A stretch of 64,000 nt of DNA. Origin: an uncultured Armatimonadia bacterium (GTDB lineage Bacteria > Armatimonadota > Zipacnadia > CAVVLO01). The notes beneath the pieces were generated by a model. The model was given only the letters and a program-made list of their open reading frames with translations, did no database searches and was not told the origin of the DNA. Each line of letters begins with the position of its first letter. The stretch's first letter is position 1. This document shows, piece after piece, positions 1 through 11,300 of this stretch. A program made the translations under genes and the position numbers. Location: positions 192,001 through 256,000 of the forward strand of contig CAVVLO010000001.1 of NCBI GenBank assembly GCA_963749155.1, given 5' to 3'.

Positions 1-409
1 TATCGGGGAAGCGCCGGCTTTCTTCAGTGTTCAATCCTATCAGTAAAGTATCGGCGCGCAACTCTTCGGCAAAGGAAGCGGCGATATTTACGAAAACGCC
101 ATTGCGGTTGGGTACCCACAGGTCCTGCGGGCCAGATTCGGCCTTGTCCACTTCGAGTGGGGCGCCTGGCCGGTTTAGCGAGGCAGATGAGATACGCGCA
201 AGCCAGGGGAGTTCGACAACTTCATGCCGAACGCGATAATGGCCTGCGATCTGGGCTGAGCGCTCCAGTTCGCGTCTAGTGGCTCGCTGGCCATAGTCAA
301 AAGTAAGAGCCAGAGCGACCGAACCGCCTCCCGCCAGAAAAGTAGCCAGGGTTACGGTAGAATCCAGTCCAGCCGAAAGTAACGCCACCGCGCGTGACAT
401 CTGGTTCAT
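1..409 (-). CDS. queC: 7-cyano-7-deazaguanine synthase QueC (3' part outside the window)
   Basis: Not in the ORF track. Manual translation gives MNQMSRAVALLSAGLDST...TFDYGQRA..RE...WVPNRNGVFVNIAASFAE...FPD, which are QueC motifs. The ATG overlaps the queD stop (ATGA). Confidence 0.9.
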   Translation of the reverse strand, partial: MNQMSRAVALLSAGLDSTVTLATFLAGGGSVALALTFDYGQRATRRELERSAQIAGHYRVRHEVVELPWLARISSASLNRPGAPLEVDKAESGPQDLWVPNRNGVFVNIAASFAEELRADTLLIGLNTEESRRFPD

Positions 410-780
410 CCCCTGTAGGTAGCGAAGCTGCCGGGATTCTCGGCAACGCTAAGACTGGCCAGTGTGACAGTAGAAGAATCCATTATCCTGGCTAGCGCCT
501 CGTAAAGGATCCGGGCCAGGTTTTCGGCAGTTGGATTCTGAGTCTGGAACTCGGGCAAATCGTTGAGCAGCACATGATCGAAGGGCTCCACGGCTTCGTT
601 CAGCCAGGCTTTGGCCTCGCCAAAGTCAACCAGCATCCCGCGCTCATCGAGCACCTCGCCGGTAAAAAGGGCGGTTACCTCGTAGGAATGGCCATGCAGC
701 CGTTTGCACTTGCCCTCATACCGGCGCAGGAAATGCGCGCCGTTGAACCGGCAGCTAACGGCAAGCTCATAGCTAGCCAT
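406..780 (-). CDS. queD: 6-carboxy-5,6,7,8-tetrahydropterin synthase QueD
   Basis: FNGAHFL...CKRLHGHSY, GMLVDF, FDHVLLN and NPTAENLA motifs; adjacent to queC. Confidence 0.92.
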   Translation of the reverse strand: MASYELAVSCRFNGAHFLRRYEGKCKRLHGHSYEVTALFTGEVLDERGMLVDFGEAKAWLNEAVEPFDHVLLNDLPEFQTQNPTAENLARILYEALARIMDSSTVTLASLSVAENPGSFATYRG

Positions 781-2965
781 CGGTGTCACCTTCTGGCTTG
801 GTGTCTTCCGGCTCAGGTTCGGGCCGCGTTATTACAGGCACGTCAGGTTCTTCATCTCCACCTGGCTCGGTCGTGACTGGAGGTTTGTCGCCACTGGGCT
901 CAGGCTTGACGCCTGGCTCGGTTGGCCTGGGTTTGCCCCCATGTTGGGTGCATTCCTTTGCAGGCGCTTTGCCCGCCGGGAAAAGCTTGGTCATAGTGTG
1001 AGGGCATTGAGGTGTGGCAAGCATCCCGCTGTCACGGCAGATGGTGACCGCCTGCATTCCCTTTTCGCGCAGCACCCCAATGCTGCGTTTTTCTTTCGGT
1101 TCTTCAAAGTCGGGAATGTCCAGCCCGCCAGCTTTACGTTCCTTCTGTATTACGGGTACTGCCTGCTTCATATAATCGACCCATATAGGCCCGCAGCCTG
1201 TGCCACCATAAACGGTGCGCATCTGGCTATAGTCATCGTTGCCCACCCAGACCACACAGACGAGATCCTGGGTGAACCCCGCAAACCAGGCGTCCCGGTC
1301 ATCCGAGGTGGTGCCTGTCTTGCCATATGCCCTGTAGCCAGCCCCGCTTGCCACCGAACCGGTACCTCTGGTGACGACAGCCCTGAGGCAGCGTTTTATG
1401 TCCTCCATCGTGGACTTGCGCACCACTCGGGTCAGTTTGGGCCGGGCCTCAAAGAGCACCTTGCCCGTACTGTCCTCTACGCGCTGGATGCACTGTGGCT
1501 CCGAGCGCACTCCATCGGTGGCGATAGTGCAATAGGCAGTCGCAAGCTCGAGGGGAGACAGCACCGAAGCCCCGAGAGCGCTTGAGAGGTAAGGTTCGAC
1601 GGGAGTGTTGATGCCCATCCGCTGGGCATATTCGACAAGCTTCTCCACCCCGATATTATTGGCGACTTTTACCGCTACAGTATTTATGGACAGTGCTATG
1701 GCGGTTTCAATGGAAACTGAACCCCGGTACCGGTGGTCATAGTTGCGCGGCGCCCAGGTCTGGGTGCCCGAGCCATAACTGCGTTGAGAATCGATTACCA
1801 CAGTATTCGGAGTAAAGCCGTTGTCAAAAGCCGCGGTATAGACGATGGGCTTGAAGGCCGAACCAGGCTGCCGCCTGGCCTGGGTTGCGCGGTTGAACTG
1901 GCTCTTGGCAAAATCAACCCCACCGACGACAGTCTTTACATAACCGGTGTAAGGGTCGATTGCGACTAGCGCGCCCTGGTTCACATTGCGCCTGGCAACC
2001 CGCGCAACACCGTCGCGCACGGCTTTCTCACCCGCTTCCTGCATCTTGAGACTGAGTGTCGTGTGGACTTTAAGGCCGCCTTTGTAGACCAGGTCAGCGC
2101 CATATTGCTCGATAAGTTCGGCGATGACATAGGTCGTGAAATAGGGCGCCTTGAGTACAGTGACACCGGTATATTCGTTGCCCGCCAGCTTGATTTCTTC
2201 CTCCAGCGCGTCCTTAAGCTGCAGGGGGGTTATCATCTTGATTTCGGCCATCTTGCGTAGTACTACATTGCGCCTTACCGAGGCGATGGTGACATCTTTG
2301 TAAGGCGAATAATCGCTTGGCCGCTGGGGAAGGCCCGCAAGCAACGCGCATTCGGCCAGAGTGAGTTCGTCCAGGTCTTTATCGAAATAGGTGCGCGCGG
2401 CCACTTTTACGCCGTAGGAGCCAGACCCATAGAAGACCTGGTTGAGGTAGAGTTCAAGGATCTCCTGTTTGGAAAGGCGCCGCTCCATCTCGAGGGAGAG
2501 CACCAACTCCTGCGCTTTTCGAGAGAGGGTCTTTTTGGGAGTCAGGAAGATAGACCTGGCAAGTTGCTGGGTGATAGTGCTACCGCCCTGGGAATAACCT
2601 CCGCTGCGCAAATTGGCAGTGATGGCGCGGGCCAGCGCCCGTAAATCCAGTCCATGATGGTTGTAAAACCTTTCGTCCTCGATAGCGACGGTGGCGTTTA
2701 TAAGGTCTGGGGGGATCTCCTGGATCCGGGCCAGCTCCCGGTGCTGATTGAATAACTCGGCGATGAGTTCGCCTTCGCTGGAATAAAGTTTGGTCGTAAG
2801 CTGCGGCCGGTAGCTCTCGACGGCGTTCGCGTCGGGCAGCATTTGGGCAACGCTCCGGTAAGCGCCCAGGGCTATACCGAAGCCAAGCGCAACCATAACC
2901 ATTAACAGCACGGAGCAAGACACGAAAACCGTGCCGAGACTCTTCTTGAGTATTCTCTTCAGCAT
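773..2965 (-). CDS. Class A penicillin-binding protein (PBP1A family)
   Basis: N-terminal TM helix; transglycosylase motifs EDERFYNHHG and QGGSTITQQL; transpeptidase motifs SAFK, SIN and KTGT; Pro/Glu-rich tail. Confidence 0.95.
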   Translation of the reverse strand: MLKRILKKSLGTVFVSCSVLLMVMVALGFGIALGAYRSVAQMLPDANAVESYRPQLTTKLYSSEGELIAELFNQHRELARIQEIPPDLINATVAIEDERFYNHHGLDLRALARAITANLRSGGYSQGGSTITQQLARSIFLTPKKTLSRKAQELVLSLEMERRLSKQEILELYLNQVFYGSGSYGVKVAARTYFDKDLDELTLAECALLAGLPQRPSDYSPYKDVTIASVRRNVVLRKMAEIKMITPLQLKDALEEEIKLAGNEYTGVTVLKAPYFTTYVIAELIEQYGADLVYKGGLKVHTTLSLKMQEAGEKAVRDGVARVARRNVNQGALVAIDPYTGYVKTVVGGVDFAKSQFNRATQARRQPGSAFKPIVYTAAFDNGFTPNTVVIDSQRSYGSGTQTWAPRNYDHRYRGSVSIETAIALSINTVAVKVANNIGVEKLVEYAQRMGINTPVEPYLSSALGASVLSPLELATAYCTIATDGVRSEPQCIQRVEDSTGKVLFEARPKLTRVVRKSTMEDIKRCLRAVVTRGTGSVASGAGYRAYGKTGTTSDDRDAWFAGFTQDLVCVVWVGNDDYSQMRTVYGGTGCGPIWVDYMKQAVPVIQKERKAGGLDIPDFEEPKEKRSIGVLREKGMQAVTICRDSGMLATPQCPHTMTKLFPAGKAPAKECTQHGGKPRPTEPGVKPEPSGDKPPVTTEPGGDEEPDVPVITRPEPEPEDTKPEGDTDG

Positions 2966-3012
2966 AAAAAGTGGGCCGAACCTCCGGCCTCAATTATAGC
3001 GCAGCGACCCTG

Positions 3013-3940
3013 TTAAGGTTGTTCGCTGGCCCGGATATGCGCTACGGTAAGCCTAAGCCCTTCTTCCAGTCCGACCGTCGGTTGCCAGCCCAGTTCGCGT
3101 TGGGCTTTGGCCGAGTTGATGGCGATACGATATACCTCGCCCAGCCTGGCGGGAGCATATTCAGGTTCTCCCTGGTATCCAGTCGCCTTGACGAGGGCTG
3201 CGAATACTTCCTTTACACTGACTTCGATACCCCACCCCAGGTTGTAGACCTGGCCATCGCCTTTTTCAATCGCTAGCAGATTGGCTGCCACGATGTCGCC
3301 GACATAGAGATAGTCGCGAGTGGAAGTGCCATCGCCGAAAATGGTGCATTTGGCCCCGCGCACCATCCTGTCGGTGAAGATGGCGATAACCCCTGCCTCA
3401 CCGTGAGGATCTTGCCGAGGACCGAACACATTGGGAAACCTGATAATAGTGTAGCGCAAGCCGTAGTTCACGCCATACATATGGAGATAGGGCTCGAAGG
3501 CGTGTTTTGAGGCGCCATAAGGGCAGAGTGGCTTGACAGGATGCGCCTCATCGACCGGCAGATACTCGGGATTCCCAAAAACAGCGCCTGCGGTTGAGCC
3601 ATAAAGGAATTTTGTGACTTCTGTCTTGCGCGCGGCCTCAAGTATGTTGAGCGCGCCAAGCACGTTGACATCGGCATCGAAAACAGGATCGCCCACCGAA
3701 TTGCCGGACATCTATCTGGGCGGCCAGGTGAAATACCAGCTCAGGTCGGAACTCCTCGAAGGCGGCCTCGACCCCTTCCCGGTCGCGCACATCCAGCTCG
3801 AAGAGCTTATGACCAGTCAGGTTTTCGCGCCTGCCGGAATAAAAATTATCCAGCACTGCCACCTGATGCCCGGCAGCAGCCAGGGCGTCCGCGAGATTGG
3901 AACCTATAAAGCCAGCTCCGCCTGTTACCAGAGCTCTCAT
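3013..3940 (-). CDS. UDP-glucose 4-epimerase-like NAD-dependent epimerase (one frameshift near 3702)
   Basis: ORF 3638-3940 has TGGAGFIG...HLAAQIDVR. ORF 3013-3711 continues SVGDPVFDADVNVLG...YGASK...NVFGPRQDPHGEAGV. Removing one base joins them. Confidence 0.88.
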
Positions 3941-3955
3941 TGTGGAACCTCCACC

Positions 3956-5349
3956 TTAAAGGTCAAGCGCTTTGCGCCAATAAGCGCTTTGCGCGCGCGC
4001 CTTGGCTAGCGCAAAGCCAGTATAACGCGCCGGGTCCGCGAGCAGGGCGCGTTCAGCCTCACTGAGTTTGGCCAGGTAAGGGGCAAGTTCGGCGTCCTCA
4101 AATAGCAACTCGCTGAAGCTCTTGCCGCTCTTCTCTGCCTCCAGCGTCAGCTTGCGCGAGGCCTCGTGGGCATCGGGATGACCTGCTTTGGCCAGCAATA
4201 TATAGGCCGGCTCGGCGATTATGAAAGGCGCGGCCTTTGCAAAATTGCGCGCCATCCCTTCGGCATCCACCGTAAGCTTGGAGCTGATACGGTTCAGCCG
4301 CAAAGCTGACAGCACGACGGCAGCGATTATCTCCTGCGAGAAACGCGAGGAGGCCGAGTTGGTCAGGTCGCGCTGATGCTCGCAAAGCTGGTCCTGATAT
4401 ACGGTGACCATCCGGGGCGCGAAAGCCTTCCAGAAGCTCTTCACATTTTCGAAGTTCCACGGGTTGCGCTTGTGAGGCATAGTTGAGGAGCCGACCTGGT
4501 CCTTCTCGAATTCTTCCTGTACCTCGCCGAGTTCGGAGCGTTGCAGATGGCGCATATCATCGGAGAAGTCGGCCATCACGCCAAGTGCCATCGTCAGGCA
4601 GTGAAAATAATCGGTGACATATTCAGGTTCGACGATCTGGGTCGAGGTGGGCGAGGCAGCAAGTCCCAGATAGCCGAGGAAGGTCGCTTCCAGCTCCTGG
4701 GCATCTTCGACCAGTAGCGATAGCGCGTTGCCAGCTCCTACCGCACCCGAGAGCTTGCCGCGCAGATTATTTGCGGCGGCGGTTGCGCGCTCGATGACCT
4801 GGCCCATCCGGCTGACATAGCCAGCCACCGCGAAGCCGAAAGTGATTGGCTCGGCGAATTGGCCATGAGTGCGGCCAATCTGGACCTGGCCGGCGTGCTT
4901 CTCGGCCATCACAATCCAGGTGGCCATCAGTCGCTTCAGCACAGGCAGAACGGCTTCGAAATAGGCGGCCTTGTACCGGGCGGCGGTTGCAGTGTCAATG
5001 ATGTTCAAAAGACGTCGCGCCCAGGTGGATATAAGGCTTGGCGTCATCGCTCACCCTGGTCCGCATACAATTGACCAGTGCGCGGATATTATGTTTGATG
5101 CGCGCTTCCTCTTCGGCGACTTCTTCGGCGGTTACAGCTTCGGCGGACTGGGCAATCTCTTCGGCTACTTCCTGGCTGCAAACGCCAACTGAGGCAAAGG
5201 CTTTGGCAAGTGCCGCCTCGGTCCTGGCCTCAAATCGCACCCGGGCCGCCTCGCTAAGCACCGGATGCAGCAGATTCGAGGGCTTCATCGCTGGCGCCGT
5301 AATAGCGGAAGTCCAACGGAGAAATCATATCGAACAGCTGGAGGTCCAT
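3956..5349 (-). CDS. purB: Adenylosuccinate lyase (two frameshifts, near 5281 and 5006)
   Basis: ISPLDFRY at the start, then HLGATS/(D)IIDTA, GRTHGQ and the signature GSSTMPHKRNP, spread over three frames. RBS GGGAG precedes ATG 5349. Confidence 0.92.
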
Positions 5350-5365
5350 ATTTTTCTCCCTTCTT

Positions 5366-8291
5366 TTAGTCTTGCGCCAGCCATTGTAGCAAATCCAGCA
5401 GCAGTTGCTTCTCCCAGCCCTTGACCGGGACCTCTTCGCCCGCCACATAACCAGGCACCAGTCCGCAGAGTACTACTTTCCCCTGGCCAAAAGTTCCAGC
5501 TACCACAACAGGCTGGCCCTTGCTGTCTTGCAGCACAACGCTGGCCCGGTCGGTCGCGCTGAGGGCGATATGGTCCGAATAGGCAGGGACGAACTTCTCC
5601 CCTGGCGCCAGGGCAGTTTTTACAATTGGGGCAGGCCTGGTCGGAACCCAGCAAGAACGTTTCTCCTCTCGGCCAAGGCCGCTGCCGAGTTCAGGGAAGG
5701 GCGTCAGATGCACCCGGAAGCCGACTGCATCGTGGGTCAGCATTACTCGCCCGCCGGTTCGGACCCATTCGCGCAGTCGATTGAGAGCTCTTGGCGAGAG
5801 CAAATCAGGCGCGCTGACCTGCGGGATTATCACAACATCAACTGCGGCGAGGAATTCCGGATCGATGCGCGCCAGATAAACGGGATAAAATCCAGCTACT
5901 TCTTCCAACGTCGCCTTGATGCCACTGCTGCCGACGCCAGGCTCGAGGATGCCGACTTTAGGCAGGTCGGTCTCGATGACAGGCGGGGCAAGCTCTGCCA
6001 GGAGCTTATCCTGCGGCCTCCTCTGAAAGCCCTTGAAACACGGCGCTCCTGCGCGTGAAGGCGCGTTTTATGCCGCCAGCCAGGGCCAACTCGCCGCTGA
6101 TGACAAGCTGACTGGGGCCCTCTGGCACTTCAAAGGCCAGGTCCTGGATACCGTCATAACGCGCCACGGGAGCAAGCTCCTGGGCCTTCTGACTGCCCAG
6201 GTTAATCAAGGAGAAATGTAGTTCGTCGAGGCTGACGCCTTCGTTTTCTGCCAATTTGGCGCCAACTATCAGTTGCGCGCCAGCGTGGTAGCTTGTCGGC
6301 GCCTCGCTCACCAGGCCCTGGGGAAGCAGCCAGGTCACCACGGGTGCGGGCACAGGCACTTCCGCCGGCTGGCTCAAGGGCCCTTTTGCCAGTTGAGCCA
6401 CTCCCTCGGTTGGCAGCCAGCCACTGTAGCTGAACAGCACAAAGCCATCCGCTCCGGCCGATTTCGCCAGGGCAAGCTGATGCAAGGTCTCCTCGGGCGA
6501 ATCGTGCAGATAGGAGCCAATCCCGATTGCAACGGGCACACGGCCTTCGGCTCGTTTCACATCGTCCTGGGCATATCTGGAAAGAGTTGACGAATCCGCT
6601 GTGTAGTCCATCGGGCAGACAAAATCGATATAGCCCTCGCGCGCCCAGGTGGGCCAGTCCTGCTTGATTGTGTAGCGCGAAGTAGCCGAACGCGGGAAGA
6701 CAGCCGCCGAGACCTGCACCCAGGGCTTGATGGCCTTTACCTTACGATAAACCTCGCGCACCAGCGAATTGATATTGCCTTGCTCCCACTGGATGTAGGC
6801 GCTCTGCAAATCTCCTGTAAGCACGTCATCCGGCCAGTTCTCGACCTTCACGCCCAGCGCCTGCTCGAAGTTCCGACGGCAGGTGGCGCAATAACAGAAG
6901 CTGGTGTTGGGATATCTGATGTAATCGAAGTGAACGCCGTCCACATCGTAGTTTTCGGCCATCTCGAGCATCGCGGCGACTTCGACCTGGCGGTTGCGCT
7001 CATTGGAGGGGCAAGCCCAGGTGTAGCCTTGCTCTCCACTTGCATCGCGCACCAGGCGGTCTTCGGCGGCCAGTTGCTCGTAATACCACTTGGGCGCGGT
7101 GCCGAGGTGGAAATTGACGCGCCAGGCATGCAGCTCGAGTCCGTATTTGTGCGCGGCAGCCACCGACTGGGCAAGCTGGTCGCCTTTGCTCTGGGCCCAG
7201 GTATCCATCGGCAATATGGCGCTCTTGTAGATGCAATTGCCGCCCCTGGCCATTCTGGGGATGACCATATTGAAACCATTACGGGCAAGATTGGCACATT
7301 CTTTATCCCAGTTGGTGGAAGAATCTGGCACAAGCCAGACCCCGCGAAATTCTGAGGGGGCGGGTGGATGAGCGCGCGCATAAGCTTCTTGCAAGGCCTT
7401 GCTGGCCTCGGTAAGAGCGAGGTCGGCTTCTACGAAAAGGCCCCGCATCAGGTGACGTTCGGCTTTGGCGAATTTCTCCTCGGCAAGAGTTGCCCAGGAA
7501 AGCGCCTCGGTGATGCGCTGACTGGCAGGTTGAGAGTTGATGTATGCGCGCAACTCTTCGACGGTCTCGAATTCGCCAAGTTTGAGCGCGCGCGCGGCCC
7601 GGCGCTCAAGAGCGCCCTTCCAGGCTTTGGGGGCTACCTGGGCGATAAGCGCGCCGATTAGCCTGGCCTGGGCTTCTCCATCCGCGCCGGTCAGGACATG
7701 CCCTACGTAGAAACCTGCCGGCGACTCGATGAGCGCTGGGATGCCAGTGGGCTTGCCTTTGGAATCGCGCCATTCTCCGACTACGCGAGCCGAGGGTAAG
7801 AGAGTGGGGACGAATACGTTCCAGGAGTTGAAGCGCACAGCGACAGGTGCTCCTGGCACTGGTTCGGCGCTCTGGACAATCTCGGCGAACTGACCGTCAT
7901 AGTCCGGGCTTGTGTAAGTGAGCGACTCGACCCCAACGAGGCGCGCTACAGCGGGAGAAGCTGTATAGAGTACGATGAGCTTGCCACCGCTGGATACAAA
8001 ACTCGAAAGGGATTCTTCCAGCTCGGGCGAGAAGGTGTTAAGGGGAAGCACCGCCGCCTGATAGGGCGCAAGCGCGCTGGCGGTGGCCTGCTCCTGAGTC
8101 AGCGTATCGAAAAGCACTCCGGCTTCGGTCAGCGCCTTCTGCACTTTTTCTATATAAACTCCGGAGGAGCCCGCATCAGCTCGCGAGATGAGCACCAGGT
8201 CGTTTTTCACGGCGCCAGCCTCCTGTCCCCAACCTGCCTGGACCAGGCTGATTCCTCCAAAGAGCAGGAGCAACCCGAATAGCCTTCCCAT
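5366..8291 (-). CDS. Secreted GHL10 (DUF187)-like glycoside hydrolase with flanking GATase/ThuA-like domains (frameshift near 6013)
   Basis: Signal peptide; FRGVW, GLELHAW, YDVDGVHFDYIRYP and QDWPTW...IDFVCPMDY motifs. The shifted frame continues QDKLLAELAPP... directly into ORF 5366-5908. Confidence 0.75.
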
Positions 8292-8373
8292 TGAATATCT
8301 CCCTGACCCCAGTGCTGATACGGCAGCAAGCTGGCAAGATACCATCTGGGCTGCTCGCGCGCAAAGGTAATGT

Positions 8374-11300
8374 CTAGTCCACCACCTCTAGTACAACGCT
8401 GACCGTCGAAATCCCGCCATCCCCATCGTTAGCCTCGAAATTCAGATTCCAGACACCGATTTGCGAGTAAGTGGGCGTCCAGCGGAAGACGCCTCCGGTT
8501 GTCATCTGCGCGCCTGGGGGAAGCGGCATCACACTACAGGTTACAGGATCTCCATCAGGATCAGTCACAGCAAGCTGCAATTCGAAGAGCTGCCCCACCT
8601 CGAGCATCGCGTCGGCTGGATCAGTCAGTCTGGGAGGCGTATTGAGGATAGTTATATCCGCCTGCCCTTCCGGCCCCAAATCCAGCCCATCGGAAGCCTG
8701 GATGACGCAGCGCCAGAGGTCGTGCTTGGTGGTGAGGGTCTTCGAGAGGCTCTTCGTGGTCTGGCCTTCCACAAGCTGGAAAGTTGCGCCTCCATCGGTG
8801 GATTTGTACCACTCGACCAGATAACTGACCGGGTCGCCATCTGCGTCGGTGGCTGCAGCGGAGCAATAGAGATTGCTCCAGGTTGTCGGACTGGTTGGGT
8901 AGATAACTGGCGAGAGGGCAGTGGGAGGGGCGTTGACTACGAGCGCTTCAGCTTCGGCTCTGGCCACTTCCAGCAGGTCATCAAAGGCCGCGCAAACACA
9001 CCGGATAGAGTCTCCTCTTACATAATTACCAGGGTCAAGGGTAGGCTCAGTCTCGCTTGCCAGAGGCAGCCAGTCTCCTGTCGAGGCCGGCTTCAAGAAC
9101 CAGGAATAGTTAAGGTCATATTCCGCTTTACTTTCATCAAGTACTTCTACGACCGCTTCCACTGGATCATTGCGAGTCGGTTCGGTCGGCGCGAGTGCAA
9201 GTCCAAGCACCGGAGCTGCCGCGCTGGTTACGGTGACCAGGATAACGCGACTTCCCTGGGCGCCGTCGTTGTCAGTGACGGTGAAAGTGAGCTGATGCTG
9301 GCCCACCTGGCTCTCGTCAGGCAGCCATTCGAGCTGTCCAGTGGTAGGCGAAAAACTTGAGCCCTCAGGCACAGGGCTTAATCCAAAGGCAAGCGGGTCA
9401 CCATCGGAATCTTTCCCAATCGGGACAAGAGTCAGCACTGCTCCTGCTTCGATACTGGCATCAGCCAGGCCATCCAGCCAGGGCGCCGAGTTGAGGATGG
9501 TCGTATCAGCGCTGGCACGTGGACTCTCGGCCACCCCGTCGCTGGCCCACAGTTCGCAGCGCCACACTTCATGCTTGGTTGTAAGCGTCTTGGAGAGGCT
9601 CTTGGTGGTCTGTCCTGTCACAAGCTGGAAGGTTTGGCCTCCATCGAGCGATTTATACCACTGCGCCATATAGGTCAGGGCATCACCATCCGGGTCACTG
9701 GAGGCTCCGCTGCAATAAAGGTTGCTGTAAGTATTGGGATTGTCCGGTAATATCCGCGGCGAAGGGGCAAGGGGCAAGGCGTTTACCACAGTGACGTTGG
9801 CCTCGACTGGCGCGCCGCTCTGGGCCGAATCGGCAGGAGTGCAAACACAGCGCAAGGTATCGCCCCGAGCGAAGAAAGAACTGGCTAGCGTGTCACTCGA
9901 CTGCCCACCAAGCAGAGTGAAATCGGCCTCTCCCGCAGGCTTCAGATACCACTGCCACTGCAGTGTGACCGCGCCGCCCCCGCCTTCCTGCACTTCGTGG
10001 GCTGTTGCGATGAGCGCCGTGTCGGTAGTCGGCTGAGATGGAGTCAACGTGAGGCTGCCCACGACCGGCGGGCCAGTGCGTTCGACAGTGAGCAGTGTGG
10101 TCAGACGCGCCTCGCCTCCAGCGCCGTCAGTCACGACGAACTCCAGTGGGTATTCGCCCCAGTCCTCTTCCTCAGTAGCCCAGCTCAGCTGCCAGTTTTC
10201 AAAGGTTGCTCCTTCTGGCAGGCCTGTTATCTGCAGGGTCAGGTCGTCCTGGTCGGCATCCGAGGCGGATAAATCAAAAGCTACTGGCTGGCCTGCGTCC
10301 ACCTCGAAGGTGGCCGGGCCAAGCAAGGTCGGTGGGGTGTTGCCAGCTAGTGTTGAAAAGCTCCAGTCGTAATCGAGCAGGTTCGGTGGCGTGGCCAGGT
10401 CAGCCGCCTGCGCGCGCACTGTAAAAGTCGCGCCATGAGGCAGCGCGGTCTCGGGAGTCCAGCGCAATATGGCCTCTTGCTCTTCAAAAGTATACTCAAT
10501 TGCTACCGGCTCGCTCTCGAAAGCCAGGCCAAAAGTTGCCGGATCAAGGCCGGTTGGGTCGAAGAGATGCACTGAAACAAGCGGTTTGCAAAGCAATCCT
10601 GTGGCGCTGGGGGCTGGCGTCACCCCCAGCACCTGGGGGGGTGAGTTGTCCACGATAAAAGAGACCGGCTCGCTGGCAAGTGAAGCGACCAGATCCTGCG
10701 CGACGGCTCTGGCAAAGACTTCTCCCTCCTGATATTCAGGGGGCAGCAAGGCCAAGTCCAGAGTGGTACAGCCACTTATCGGCAGACCTGAGCGAGCGGT
10801 CCACCAGTTGCTGCCTCCATCGGCGCTGAGCTGCAAGCTGACCGAGGGATTCAAACTGGGCGAATCAGCACCCGTCCAGCAGAAGACTTGCTCTCCCGCG
10901 CGGGCTCCGCCATCTGGATCAAGCAGGACCAGTTCCAAAGGCCGGTGGAAAGCGACAGGCGCCTGCAGGATTAACTGATGGGTATCCCAGAGGCGCGCGC
11001 CTGCCTCATCCCACAGGCGCATCTCCAACTCCACCAGGCCGTCGGAAGCCAGAGCCAGCAACTGCCTGTCGAGAGGAAATTCCGTTTGCCCAAGTCCGCC
11101 GGCAATTATGACTTGTTGCTGCCACCAGCTCTGTCCGGTTGTCGGCGAATAGAGTTCGACCTGGCAATTATGGGCGCCCACATCGCTTGAGCCAAGCCAG
11201 ACTTTAACCAGGCAGCTTTCCGCCAGGCCATCGTTAGTGGCGTCCTGAACCTGGGTCACCAGCACGTCAGCCAGATAACAAACGTAAAAGGTGTCAAAAG

